NCBI GenBank assembly: GCA_025603075.1
Contig: MU626372.1
Location: 2,982-66,981 of the forward strand
Reading direction: 5' to 3'
DNA from: Neoconidiobolus thromboides FSU 785
Lineage: Eukaryota > Fungi > Entomophthoromycota
DNA length: 64,000 nt
The notes under the pieces were generated by a model, which was given only the letters and a program-made list of their open reading frames with translations, searched no databases and was not told where the DNA came from. This document shows, piece by piece, positions 23,808 through 36,135 of this stretch (its first letter is position 1; each line of letters opens with the position of its first letter). The position numbers and the translations under genes are program-made.

Positions 23808-25307
23808 CTAGAAAAGATAAGTACCAACGATTGCAGCTGCTAACAAAGAAGAAGAGTATTTCGTAAATGAAACTCCACTACTACCTTTGTTTTCAGAACC
23901 AGAACCTAGAGCACTAATATCTTCTTTTACATCATTACAAGAATCGATATTGTTTTTGGAAGTTTGAACTTCACCTAGTCCATTTTCGCCAACGCAAGCA
24001 TCATTGTTCTTATTTTCCTTTATATAAACTTCATTGAGTGCCCAACTAAGCTGATCAATAGCAGAACATGCCGAAATAACACCATATTCACCTTTGGAAG
24101 GTTCCGATCCAAGTGTTTTTTTACAATCCACTTTACCACAAAGGTATTTAAATGTTTCTGCAATTTCATCGCCACTTAAATCCGTCTTTTTGACTTTGCA
24201 GCTTAATGAATCTACGATACATTTACATTTTTTATTTGAAGGTGTTGGTGGTAATTTTTCATTTGATTCCCAATTTTTATCGACTTTGGGACAAGTAGAA
24301 GCCTTCGTGTTTTCTGGTTTATAGTCATTAAGGGTATATTTTTTTGGTTTAATATTAGCCAATGCTTTTTTAAAATTATCATATTCCTCATTGATTTTTT
24401 CAACTTTACCATCTTTAATTTTAACAATACCATAATGATTTGCTTCATCATTATACTCATAAAGAATACCACCTGCAATAACTTCCTCCATATCGGGTCC
24501 ATACATAGAATTTAATTCGTTAACAAATTCACGTGGATGTGCGGTATTACAACCATATTCACTAAGGAAAACGGGGATAGTATAACCTTTAAGTTCTTCA
24601 GCAAGTTTAGAATAAGGAGAGCCTTCGAATGATTTAGCACGACACCAAGAATAGACATTAACAGAATAAAAATCAGCTCTTTCTTCATCTTTGCCACAAT
24701 TGAAATAAGCTTGTATGTTTTTACGAGTATTGACATCATCATTATTTGCATATCCGACTAATACTTGATGCTTCTTAGTTTTGATGTAAGCTTTCATATC
24801 TCTTAAAGAAGCCTTAACAAATGGATTAGCATCAGTATTTGTTTTATCATTGTTAATTTCATTTCCTGCAAAGTAGAAAGCAACGTTATCGAATTGATCA
24901 AATGCATCAATATTTTGTGTGAAGTGCTCTAACATATCAATAGTATAAGTAGGTTTGCTTCGATTAATAGAATATTTTGGTATAGGTATATCTAATGCTA
25001 AATAAATACCAGCATCAGCAAAAATCTTCATACATTCTTTATGATCTTTGGCGGGATCGACTTCGTATACTCGGATAACGTTGACACCTAATTCTTTGAA
25101 ATATTCAACATCTCTCTTACAGCGATCTGGAAAAGTTAATGGATCTTCTTGAGTTCCCTTTGGGCTCCCACGGGGTTGATAAGCTATACCTTTCACGTGA
25201 AATATTTCTCCTGTGTTTTTGTTGAAAAATTTGTTACCCTTGGCAATAATGGGGTCCAATGCAAAGGATGAGGCTACTAATAAAGATACAACTAGTCTTT
25301 TTAACAT
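23808..25307 (-). CDS. GAS1: Gas1/Gel-like beta-1,3-glucanosyltransferase (GH72 + Cys-rich X8/CBM43 + GPI signal), start MLKRLVV at 25307
   Basis: GIAYQP, IRVYEVDP, catalytic FAGNEI and SEYGC, Cys-rich C-terminal domain, hydrophobic GPI tail; start inferred from alignment to the paralog at 37965. Confidence 0.95.
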   Translation of the reverse strand: MLKRLVVSLLVASSFALDPIIAKGNKFFNKNTGEIFHVKGIAYQPRGSPKGTQEDPLTFPDRCKRDVEYFKELGVNVIRVYEVDPAKDHKECMKIFADAGIYLALDIPIPKYSINRSKPTYTIDMLEHFTQNIDAFDQFDNVAFYFAGNEINNDKTNTDANPFVKASLRDMKAYIKTKKHQVLVGYANNDDVNTRKNIQAYFNCGKDEERADFYSVNVYSWCRAKSFEGSPYSKLAEELKGYTIPVFLSEYGCNTAHPREFVNELNSMYGPDMEEVIAGGILYEYNDEANHYGIVKIKDGKVEKINEEYDNFKKALANIKPKKYTLNDYKPENTKASTCPKVDKNWESNEKLPPTPSNKKCKCIVDSLSCKVKKTDLSGDEIAETFKYLCGKVDCKKTLGSEPSKGEYGVISACSAIDQLSWALNEVYIKENKNNDACVGENGLGEVQTSKNNIDSCNDVKEDISALGSGSENKGSSGVSFTKYSSSLLAAAIVGTYLF

Positions 25308-25711
25308 AATTTTAAAGTCAAAGGTTGTGTTTTTTAAAAAGAAAGTAAATAGAAAACCTATTTCATACCATTTGTACAACACTTATTTAAGGTACCATTA
25401 AGAATATAAAAATATTTATAAATAGATGTAAACTAAAGAATATTGTTCAAATTATTTAAAAATAAATTTTAAAAATAAATTTTAGAAATAAATTTTAGAA
25501 ATTTATACTATAAACAGTAATCCTAATTCCTTTCTAAGTGACTCTAAACTTTATATATTCTCAAAACACTTGGCGTACTATTTGAACTATTTTCAATAGT
25601 CTAATAGTAATACGGAGTAACTGACTATTCTATATGTTTTATAGATTATAATAATTTTCTTAATAAATTAATGATAAAAATAAAAAAGTTAATATTCATT
25701 TAAAATAATAA

Positions 25712-25808
25712 GTGGTGGTTTTTAATGTCATCATTTTTTCCATTTTTTAAGTCCTATTAAATGGAAAAAATGTCAGTGAATTTCTTAAACAGAAAGAGAT
25801 ATTTCTGT
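25712..25808 (-). mobile_element. MITE family 1 copy, degenerate
   Basis: GTGGTGGTTTTTAATGTCATCATTTTTTCCATTTTTTAAGTCCTATTAAATGGAAAAAATGTCAGTGAATTTCTTAAAC. Confidence 0.6.
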
Positions 25809-26633
25809 ATAAAAATCAGATTGAGTTTGAAGCTAAAAATAGTAACTATTATAATTAGATGCTTTCTTTTAAATCAAAATAGTAGTTATCACGACTACAC
25901 TGCTATTAAACTACAAATGCGTTGTAAGCAAAAATAATTTTTAGAATTAATAATTTGGATTATTACACCCATTTCAATCTAATATTTCAACTTGATTTTA
26001 ATTACTTGAGTACTATGAATAAACATTACTCACACAGTTTAAATCAGATTAACCCTTTGAGTATTGAATTTCAAAAAGCGATCTAATTGCCATAAAATCA
26101 ACTAGAAATCATAGACTAATCAAACCAACTTTTTTGAGACTTAGTACTTAAAGGGTTAATAAGTTCTTAACTACTCAGAAACCCATTTATTCCTCAAAGC
26201 TTCATAATAAATTTGACTAAACTCATTTCAAAATTATAACTAGATCATTAATATAAATGTTAGAATAATAATTTTACTTGACTTACAAAAAATACTAATA
26301 AAAATGCGTCAAGTAGCATAAATCATACCTTCACTTTTGAAGGATATGGTAAATATTTTCTAATTTACTTTACAAACAAAACTGAAACTTCATAAACCTG
26401 AAATGGAAAATAATAAGTTAAATGTTATATCATGAATATAAGCTTAACGATTCTTTTGATTAAAAAGCTTGTGAAGTTTATGATTTCAGTTTCATAACAA
26501 ATTGTTATATATCAATATCCAAGTGTTACAATTATAAAATTAAAAAGAAATACTATCAAACTCATTTTATTGAATAAAAATATAGCTTAAATCAATTAAG
26601 TTATATTAAAAACAATTTAAACACTTATATCCC

Positions 26634-27152
26634 TTAAGCAACGATAAGGTTTTCGTTAACTGCATTAAAGTTATTATCAAATAAATTGAAGTCATTAATA
26701 CTATCACAAAATACAGCTGCTTCAGTATTACGATTAAAATCATTAACACAGAAACTGTTATCGTTAACTGCATTAAAGTCCTGTACAATGAATGGGAAGA
26801 AACCACATCCACCAAAGCCTCCCCATCCACCAAAACCATCACAACGACGATGAATACCAGATTGAGCAGATTGAGGATAAGCTGGTACAGCTCTACGATG
26901 GATTCCGGACTGAGCCATTTGTGGATAAGCTGGTGAAACTGGTGAAGCTCTACGATGGATACCAGATTGAGCCATTTGTGGATAAGCTGGTACGGCTGGT
27001 GAAGCTCTACGATGGATACCAGATTGAGCAAGTTGGGGATTGATGGGCATAGCTCTACGATGGATACCAGATTGAGGTTGAGAAGGAGGTTGAGGAGAAA
27101 CAGCAAAAGCAGTAGCTAAAAGAGATAAGGAAACTAAGGTGTTGAAAATCAT
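26634..27152 (-). CDS. Secreted Kex2-type repeat precursor (5 x QSGIHRR) with GGW/Cys and Asn/Asp/Phe-rich tail, copy 1
   Basis: Signal peptide MIFNTLVSLSLLATAFA, repeats ending in RR, two intact paralogs with conserved flanks. Confidence 0.9.
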   Translation of the reverse strand: MIFNTLVSLSLLATAFAVSPQPPSQPQSGIHRRAMPINPQLAQSGIHRRASPAVPAYPQMAQSGIHRRASPVSPAYPQMAQSGIHRRAVPAYPQSAQSGIHRRCDGFGGWGGFGGCGFFPFIVQDFNAVNDNSFCVNDFNRNTEAAVFCDSINDFNLFDNNFNAVNENLIVA

Positions 27153-27179
27153 TTTTATAGTTTAAAAGTATTGGATAAA

Positions 27180-27196
27180 TGTTTAGTCAATAAACA
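27180..27196 (-). promoter_or_regulatory. TGTTTA-N5-TAAACA dyad in leader of repeat-precursor copy 1
   Basis: Same dyad found at an equivalent position in four family copies. Confidence 0.6.
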
Positions 27197-28456
27197 GTCA
27201 AATATTTGATATTGTTTTTTGAATGAATCTGAATTGCTTTTATACTCCTTTATAAAAACAATTTATCTTTAGAATCAATAATTTATCATTTGAATTCCTT
27301 TTTAAATAAATCGATTATTAGAATTCCATTTAATTTATCTTCTGCATCACTTTTTTGATTAACATTAATGATTAATAAAAAAATATAATAATATTAGTTT
27401 AAAGTTTTATTTTTTATTATTATTTATAAATAGATAAATCTACTTTAAAATTCATACAAGCTAATAAAGTATAACTAGATTTAAGTAACTTTAATGTCAG
27501 TGGTCAGAATAAAGGAGGGCTATCAAATCAAAACAATAATTCGATGTCTTTTTAGCTCTAATTTTTTGAATTCTGGTATACTTGACATATAATAGTCTTT
27601 TTAATTTATTAAGGGTTCTATTAAATTATCTAAATCTTGACTTAAACCTTTTAAGCATTGAAAGTCTTAAAATATTCTTTTTGATTGGACTATAATTTTT
27701 AAGAGATTTTACTAGTTAATTTGCTTCTTTTAAAATTCAATATTTAATAGTTAATCAAATTGAAACTGTGTAAATAATGTTCATTATGATTTGATTTTAA
27801 TAAAAAGTTGACAAATATTGTTTGCCTACAATATTCAAGTAATTAAGAAATAAAGTCAGTTTGATGAGATAACTTGTTTTGAGTATTAGAAGAGTAAAAA
27901 ATCTCAACTCAAATGAAGTTTGATTGGATTAATTCAACTTTTTAGTTGAGATTTGAAAAAGAGAATAGCTTGTGTGCTTTTATTTAAACTTAAGAATTTA
28001 TTTTAATTAGTAATTAAATTAATATAATTTGTAATTTCATTAATATATAAATTCAACAAACTATCAATTTCTAAATAAAAATAGAATATATATTTTTAAA
28101 CTATAAAACTCTTAAGTTTTAATGAATTAAAAGTTGGAATTCAATTTTTATTAAAATGAACCAATCATTGTCAAACATTTAGTTTGCTTAGCTAACCACC
28201 AACAATTGAATTAAAAAAGGGTAACGTAATTGAATTTTAAATAAAGGAGAAATAAATTTTAGATTGATTACACTTTTTATTTATTTCATAAATAAATAAA
28301 CTACATATAAAAAAGAACAAGATAATCTAAAGGTAATATGATAATTTAAATAACTATATATTTAATTAATTCATGTTTAAATTTATTTTATCTTAATTGT
28401 TTACTAATCCATTTTAAAGTTATTTTTGTATTTTTAAATTAGATTAAATTTCAAAA

Positions 28457-29341
28457 ATGTCTGATAATCGATATATAACACAAAATAAATTAGGAGAAGG
28501 TACTTATGCCTCTGTTTATCGAGGAATTAATCGAGCCAGTGGAGATGTAGTAGCATTAAAAGAAATAACTTTAGATCCAGATGAGGGAGCACCAAGTACA
28601 GCTATTCGAGAAATTTCATTAATGAAAGAGTTAAAACATCCCAATATAGTACGATTGTTAGATGTAGTTCATACTGAAAGTCGACTTACGTTAGTATTTG
28701 AATATATGGAACAAGATTTAAAAAGGTATCAAGATACTAAGGGAGTTAATGGAGTATTAGATCCAATAACCATTAAAAAATTTATGTATCAATTATTATC
28801 TGGATTAGCTTATTGTCATGATTCAAGAGTATTACATCGGGATTTGAAACCACAAAATTTATTAATTGATGCTAGAAATAATTTAAAATTAGGGGATTTT
28901 GGACTAGCAAGGGCATTCGGTATACCAGTAGCTTCATTTTCTAATGAAGTTGTTACTCTATGGTATAGAGCTCCAGATGTTTTATTAGGTAGTCGAAATT
29001 ATTCTACTGCTATTGATCTTTGGTCTGTTGGTTGTATTATGGCTGAATTATTTATTGGTAGACCCTTATTTCCAGGGGCCAATAATGACGATCAATTAAT
29101 TAAGATATTTCGTATACTAGGTACACCAACAGACCAAACTTGGCCAACTATTAATCAATACCCCAATTGGAGACCTAATTCTCATCCTTATTACCCACCC
29201 ACTAATTTAGCTAATCATATTCCTACTAATGATCCTATTGCTTTAGACCTTATTGCTAGATTACTAATGTATCAACCACATCATCGTACCTCCGCTCAAG
29301 AAGCTCTTGATCATCCTTATTTCCAAAATGTTATATTATAA
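28457..29341 (+). CDS. PHO85: PSTAIRE cyclin-dependent kinase, Pho85/CDK5 type
   Basis: [61 protein letters not shown]. Confidence 0.93.
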   Translation: MSDNRYITQNKLGEGTYASVYRGINRASGDVVALKEITLDPDEGAPSTAIREISLMKELKHPNIVRLLDVVHTESRLTLVFEYMEQDLKRYQDTKGVNGVLDPITIKKFMYQLLSGLAYCHDSRVLHRDLKPQNLLIDARNNLKLGDFGLARAFGIPVASFSNEVVTLWYRAPDVLLGSRNYSTAIDLWSVGCIMAELFIGRPLFPGANNDDQLIKIFRILGTPTDQTWPTINQYPNWRPNSHPYYPPTNLANHIPTNDPIALDLIARLLMYQPHHRTSAQEALDHPYFQNVIL

Positions 29342-30180
29342 TAAGTAGTTTATTTTATATATTATAAATTATTTTATTTAATTTATTTAATTTTAATATT
29401 AATATTAGTTCTTTATTTATTATAATAATTTTGTTATTAATTTTTTGATTTACTATTACTTTCAACTTAAAGTTTAGTATAATAATAAATATTATATTCA
29501 TTACTCATTCAAGTTATTATTACTTCTGTCTTTAAAAAAAGGATTTCATTTTGTAAAAGGTTTGTGTTTTTAATCAAAACAAAGTTAAGTAGATATGATT
29601 CTTTTATAGTTTATAAGGTATATATATGTTAAATTATAGAACTAGTTATATTTTAATCTTTTGCTTTTTGAATTTATTAATCATTTCTTTTATATGAGTT
29701 TTTCAAACTTGCATAAATCATTAGAGTACTTTTATTTATAAAAATGAAATTAGTATGTAATTTATTAAAATAATATAAATTTCAAATGTAATTAATACAA
29801 TTTAATTTTAATTTTATTAGTCATTTTAATTAAAATTCTAAAATTCTAAATAACTTATTTTATATTATATTTTAAATAAAATATTTAAATTACACTATAT
29901 TAATTATTAAGTAACTTTAATTAGTTTAAAAACATATTATAAACCTTTATTAATTAGCCTAAAAGTTTAAAAAAGGACTAAATTCGAGTTAACCTCGAAT
30001 ACTTCTATTTATTAGAATATTTTTTAAATCAAATTTTGTTATTATTAAGAAATAGATGACTTATAGCAATTAATTATGTTATAAAATTGAAAAATACTAG
30101 TTTTTTTTTGAACTTTATTTAAATAAAAATCTAAGCATTATTAAAAAACTGACTAGTTTATTGTAGGATAAAGATATTAA

Positions 30181-31455
30181 TTATTTAAATAAGTTAATCA
30201 ATCTATTATGAAACTTTTTAGAATTATTTAATTTTAATTCAATATGTTGATAGTTAATTTCTTTTTCTTCTTTTATATTATTATTATTGAATGAGTTGAG
30301 CTTATTAAGGTTGATATTATTATCTACAAAATAATAATATTTAGGTTGATTGAATATTTCACTTTTATAATATCTATTTAGTAATTCAATACTACTAATA
30401 CGTAATTCTCCCTTCGGTATAAAACATTGTTGCATTATTTGTTTATATTCTATTTTAATTAATATCATACATCTTACTGTATATTAAATTGTAACTTACC
30501 TATTTTGATTTTCTTTGAATAATTCACTTGACCAGTAACAATAGCATAATAATTCTTTTCAACACTTGGATTTCCAAAGGGTAATGTACGTGTACACATA
30601 GCATATAATATAACCCCAATAGACCAAATATCTACTTCTGGACCTTTACAGAAAATATTAATCATAATAGTAAATGAAACTCAATTGTAATTACCCACAT
30701 AACAATTTGCTTTTACTATTTCTGGGGAAATATAAGGAACAGTACCACAATAAGTAGTTAATTTTTGAGTTATGTTGAAATAATTAGACAATCCAAAATC
30801 TATTACTTTTAATTGTGAGGTATTAGTAATCATTATATTCTATAATTTATATTATTAATATCTATATATTATTTGATTAATAATTAATTAATGTTTACTT
30901 CAATTTTTAAATCTCTATGGACAATTGAATGGTAATGACAATAAGCTAAAACAAAATTTAAATTTAGTAAATAATAAAATAAATAATAAAACTTACTGAT
31001 AGCATCTAATAATTGAAATAAATATAAATTAATTTGTTTGGATTTTAATTTCTTTTTCTTTAATAAGGTAGCCAATGAGTTGCCTTCGATATATTCAAAG
31101 ATTAAATAATAATACTCTTCGTCTTTAAAGTAAGTTTTTATATGTATAATATTGGGATGATTTAATAATAAGCAAATTTGAATTTCTCTTTCAACCCACT
31201 TATCTCTTTTTAAATCATAACTACGTGCTATTTTTTTAAGAGCTAACTTTAGATAGGTTAATTATAGTTAATAATAATTAGTTAATTATAATACTTGAAT
31301 AAGTGAAAACGAAATGTTACCTTTTGGTTACTCATTATATCTTTAACTAAATACACTTGTCCATAGTTACCTTGTCCCAAGGTCCTTATAAGTTGATAAC
31401 GATCATTTAATAATGTTTCATCTTTTTTAGGCTCAATAGACAATTGAAATTTCAT
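30181..31455 (-). CDS. Kin1/MARK/Snf1-group Ser/Thr kinase, multi-exon, short C-terminus
   Basis: Manual splicing: MKFQLSIEP...LGQGNYGQV, LALKKI, HRDLKIE/NI, DFGLS, CGTVPYISPE, GPEVDIWSIGVILY; five GT-AG introns. Confidence 0.88.
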
Positions 31456-31507
31456 TATTTAATAAAAGTCAATATAATATGCTTATTAAATAAATTTTAG
31501 TAATATA

Positions 31508-31600
31508 AAATAAATAAATAAATAAATAAATAAGAAAAAGAAAAAGAAAAGGAAAAAGAAAAAGAAAAAAAGAAATAAGAAATAAGAAATAATAAATAAT
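31508..31600. repeat. Compound A-rich microsatellite (AAAT)n-(GAAAAA)n-(GAAATAA)n
   Basis: Seen directly upstream of the kinase ATG. Confidence 0.75.
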
Positions 31601-32016
31601 TTTATTACAAATAACAATCATTCTTATTATTTCCTAAAAATTAAAATTAAATTTCCTATTTTTACTTTAATGAAATAAAGTTAACAACTCTAGATTGGAA
31701 ATTAAAGAAGGTTGATTTTAAAATTTAAAACTTCCTTCTAGTTTGACACTAAAACATAGCCAAATAACTTAATATAAAACATAATAAACTTAAATATAAA
31801 ATTAATTAAATTCAATTTAACGACTCTTTTTTAAAATAATGATTAAAATCAAAATGAAATAATAAATATATTACAATAAGTTTTAAAATCTATTAATAAT
31901 CTTTGTTTTTAAAAGTAAGCTTTTATTTGATCATTTGTATTAATGACTATCAACTAAATAATAAGTTGTATCTCTACATTCTAGTTTTATGCTTTATATA
32001 TGTCTATATATGTATA

Positions 32017-32119
32017 TGGGGATATATATTTTTATTTAAAAATTTTACCGAATAGTCTTTCTACTCAAATAGTGCTTAAAAAATGGAAAAAGGTAATGAA
32101 ACAAAAAAAAACATCCCCA
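32017..32119 (+). mobile_element. MITE family 1 copy
   Basis: TGGGGATA...CATCCCCA with TA/TA flanks. Confidence 0.9.
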
Positions 32120-32129
32120 TATAATACTA

Positions 32130-33480
32130 ATCCAAATTCAAGACAATTCAATTATATTATACCACTTATTGACTATAATTTATCAAAGTTTTATTCAACT
32201 TTACTGAAACAGTTACTCCACAAATTCAAAATCAACTATTATCAAGAAGTAAACTAACAATTTTAAAAATCAAAGCCAATAAATAAAATGGATGTTCTAA
32301 AAATTTACAAAATATGGGGTAAAAAATAAAAAGAGGGAATTAGTATATTAAGTAATCAATAATTTGACCAAATTTAGTACACTTGTTCCATCAAAGTCTA
32401 GATTATTTGTCTTTAGATAAGTTAATGAGTTTCTGATTTGTAACTATAAGTTATTATTATTAAAATACAATTTCTTCTAGAATTAACTTTCAAATTCATT
32501 ATTTTTATTAAAGTTATTTTTGTTCTATTTTTACCAACTATTTCAAAACATTGAAACAATCTAGTCAAATTATTTTAATAAGTTATAGACTCAAACAATT
32601 AAGATTTAACTAGGAACTATAACTTTATTCGAACTTCACCATTATTACTAATAAATGACAAAATCAATAATATCAAGAGTCAAGTAACAATTCTATAAAA
32701 CTATTTGTCAATTTCAATTATTTAATATGAGGGATGTTTTTTGGCCTCATCACTTTTTGCATTTTTCAAGCACTATTTGAGTGGAAAAATTGTTAGTAAA
32801 ATACTTGAATACAAAAATACATTCCCATATGTTATTATTTATTTTTCATTCTAAATTATTAAAAATCAAACAAAAGTAGAATATAAATTATATTAGGATT
32901 CTATTTCCATTTTTTATTTATAGAATTCAGTCTCATATTAGACAATTTCGATATGTCATCTAACTATCTTAATTAGATCAAGAAGTTATTGACTTAATTT
33001 CATACCAAATACTATTCTAAATTTAAATAACTATTAATAAAAATAAAACAACAATTTTAAATAGATAAAGCCGATAAACAAATAATATATTGTATAAGAA
33101 TATTTCAAAAGATGGGGTAAAAAAAGGAATCTGATTAAATTTAGTAACTATTTTCTACTCTAAGTTCAAATTACATGTGTTTAGATAAGTCAACAAGTCT
33201 CTGATTTCCAACTATAAATTATTATTATTATTATTATTAAACTACAATTTCTTCTAGAATTGACTTTAAAATTCATTATTTTTGTTTTATTTACTTTTTA
33301 GTTTTATAGAGAAACATTGTTCTCATTTTTTATTAAAATTTTTAAAACATTCAAATAATCCGGTGTCAAATTAAATTGTTTAAAGAAATTATACAACATG
33401 TGGAAAATGAATTGTAGAGAGTTACAGATTCAAACAATTGAAATTTAATACAAAATTTAGTTTTATTTGACCATTATTAT
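32130..33480 (+). repeat. Degenerate tandem duplication, period ~800 bp (32130-32650 vs 32930-33480)
   Basis: Shared ordered blocks, e.g. ATGGGGTAAAAAA, TTTAGATAAGT, CTGATTT..AACTATAA, TACAATTTCTTCTAGAATT.ACTTT.AAATTCATTATTTTT. Confidence 0.75.
32728..32827 (-). mobile_element. MITE family 1 copy
   Basis: TGAGGGATG...CATTCCCA with TA/TA flanks. Confidence 0.9.
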
Positions 33481-33944
33481 TAACATGTTATGAAATAATC
33501 ATAAGAAATTGGGAGATGAGCAACTGGTAATCCAAGGATTTCAAAAACAAAATGCCAAGTTAATATTTTAATAAAAAAGAAAACAACTATTTTTAGTTAA
33601 TCAAAAGAGATCATCAAACAGACCTCTAAAAGACACTAAAAATAGGCATTAAACTAAATAAATAAAAATAGTGATGTGATAAAAATGGACATTTAAATTA
33701 ATCGTATGGCTAAAGTTCATTACTTTATTTTCAGGGGTAAAAAGGTAACTTATAGTAATTTGATGTGGATAAAGAATTCCCAATTTAAGTTCAAGTTATT
33801 GGTTCAATGTCAAACCGTTAGTTAACTTTTTGAAGATGTTGATACTAGGTTTTAGAATAACATATATAAACAATTAAAAAAGTAATTTGAAAAAATATTC
33901 AAAAATAAATAATTTAATTCAATTTAGTTTAATTCAACTTTATA

Positions 33945-34496
33945 ATGACTATTACTTCTACTTCTAATTCTAATTCTAATTCTACTTCTACTTCCACTTC
34001 TACTTCTACTTCTACTTCTACTTCTACAATTAATTTAATCAATCAAGATAATAATGATTTAAATTCCATCTATGAAAAATACCAACTTGATATTCATTCA
34101 GAAGAAGAAAGTGATAATGAAGATATAAGCTATGATACTAATTTGACTTTTTTTAAAAATTTAAAAAGACGAGTTTCTCATGGTACTATTAATTTCAAGC
34201 CCATTGCTTCAACTAATAAATTAAACTTCAATTTATCTACTGCATTATTTAATAAAGGGCGTAGAAATTCATCTACTAGTATAACTACTGTATCTTCGAG
34301 CTCAACAACAAGTAAAATGGCCTCCCCTTCATTATTAAATAATGAGTTGAATCATCATAAACTAGGCTATTATCAAAGAAAAAATTCACATAATACTGAT
34401 TTTGATCATATTTTATTAAACGGTTTTTCAACGGAAGATAATCTTGGGAAAGATTATACATTGTCTTTGACATTGACACCGGATCTTATAAGATAA
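33945..34496 (+). CDS. Ser/Thr-rich orphan, YTLxL[ST]L[ST]P-motif family
   Basis: 183-aa ORF with (ST)n tract, basic RRxS sites and terminal DFDHILLNGF...YTLSLTLTPDLIR. Confidence 0.75.
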   Translation: MTITSTSNSNSNSTSTSTSTSTSTSTSTINLINQDNNDLNSIYEKYQLDIHSEEESDNEDISYDTNLTFFKNLKRRVSHGTINFKPIASTNKLNFNLSTALFNKGRRNSSTSITTVSSSSTTSKMASPSLLNNELNHHKLGYYQRKNSHNTDFDHILLNGFSTEDNLGKDYTLSLTLTPDLIR

Positions 34497-35718
34497 CAAT
34501 CATAAGCTGATTATTGATTTGTATATATTAATTTGATTCTCAAGGATATTTTCTATACTATCTAATGCTAATTTTTTTGTGCCATTTTATTTTTATTTTT
34601 TTCTATCTCCCCTTTTTTTATCTAATTAAATATTTCTCTTTTGTTATATCTTTTGTTATTTTTACAATGTTTTAACTTTATTTTTTTAAATTATAAATTT
34701 AATTAATTATTGTTTAATAATTTGATTTAACTTATTTTAATCTTTATTTAATAACAATTTATTATAAATTAATAATATCTTATACTAAAATAAAATGTCA
34801 GTATTAATAACTAATAAAATAATGAATTTAATAAGATTACTTTGTATATTACTTTTTTTTTATATAAGATTAAAAGTAACAAGACATCAAAGTATTTATG
34901 TTAATGTAAAAAAAGATAAAATGAAACTAAGAGAAAGAATTAGAAAGACAGTATAGTAAAATTATATATTTTTTAATTTTATATATTTTTCATAAATTAC
35001 TAGAATCCCTAATTAGTAGAAACAAATTATTATTCTTAATTAACAAAGTTAAATAATAATTTATTTTTTGATGCGCACTTATATTAAATAATGATCGAAA
35101 TGTAATTAACATCCAATTTCATATACCATAGATTAGGTATGCATTTTGTATACAAATATATAAAAAATCACATATTATAGAAAATAATTTTACTTTTTTG
35201 TATAAGAAATTTTAAGATATAGAATATTTATAACTTATGTGCTTTTGTTTCATTTTATTATAATCTTTGAATCATTTTTGAACTTGCTTTAGAATTTTAA
35301 TAAAATTTAATATTTTTACAATATTTTTTATTTTTATTTTAATAAAATAATTTGAGAAAGATTATTGGATATTAAAATGAAAAGCTATTCTTATAGGTTC
35401 CTTCAAAATTCCTAATTAGAAATTCGCTATCGAATTTTCAACTTTAAAAAATTAGCTCATTTTTAAAATTTACTAAATTGATTGAGAACTTTATTAACAA
35501 TTCAACTCACATGGTGTTTTATTATTAAATAAATTAAATAATACTGCACCCAAATAATAGATGATTCAATTATTAGCCTACTTTTAATACCTTAAAAATA
35601 TGAGCTCACTATTATAATATTATTAAAATTATTAGAAAAAGATATATAAACCAAAGAATTTGAATATTTAAATATTATAATACAATTTAATTCGATAAAT
35701 ATAAATATTCAATCAACA

Positions 35719-36135
35719 ATGCAATTCTTCCAAACTATCTTAGCTTTATCTGCTGCTTCATTAGTAGTTTCCCAAGATGCTCAATCCAGCAATCCAACTC
35801 CATCCTCTTCTGCTACTGGAGTTCCAGATAAAGCTTCCTCTGTTTTATCCAAAGCTAGTGAAAGTGCTTCTTCTATTAAAGATGCAGAATCTAGTTCTCT
35901 TTCTTCTGTTAGATCCGAAGCTACTTCTGCTTCCGACTCTCTTAATTCAAAAATTTCTAGTCTTACTGAGTCAGTAAGCTCTCAAATCTCTAGTATGCAA
36001 TCCAGTGTCTCTAGTCAAATTCAATCTAAGAGTTCTGAAGTTAAAGGTAGTGGTACCTCAGATGCTTCAATTTCTAGCTTTAAATTTGTTGCTTACTCAG
36101 TTCCTGTATTGGCTGTCGCTTACGCTAATCTTTAA
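35719..36135 (+). CDS. Ser-rich secreted, probably GPI-anchored, protein
   Basis: Signal peptide then QD, Ser-rich body, hydrophobic C-terminus; similar architecture to 40778-41284. Confidence 0.85.
   Translation: MQFFQTILALSAASLVVSQDAQSSNPTPSSSATGVPDKASSVLSKASESASSIKDAESSSLSSVRSEATSASDSLNSKISSLTESVSSQISSMQSSVSSQIQSKSSEVKGSGTSDASISSFKFVAYSVPVLAVAYANL

Noticed and set aside
26606-27106. Alternative-frame and antisense ORFs over the QSGIHRR genes (also 26792, 56064, 56077, 57678, 57687, 57752, 57823)
   Set aside because: Stop-poor shadows of repetitive coding sequence; starts and stops are not conserved between paralogs.
28333-28442. Possible 5'UTR intron before PHO85 (AG/GTAATA donor, TACTAAT branch)
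   Set aside because: Plausible, but two acceptors are possible and there is no coding constraint to test it.
29982-30000. Short dyads ATTCGAG-N5-CTCGAAT (also AAGCCTAA..TTAGGCTT at ~63178-63205 and CTGAGT..ACTCAG at ~14977-14993)
   Set aside because: Single short palindromes are expected by chance in 64 kb and none recurs.
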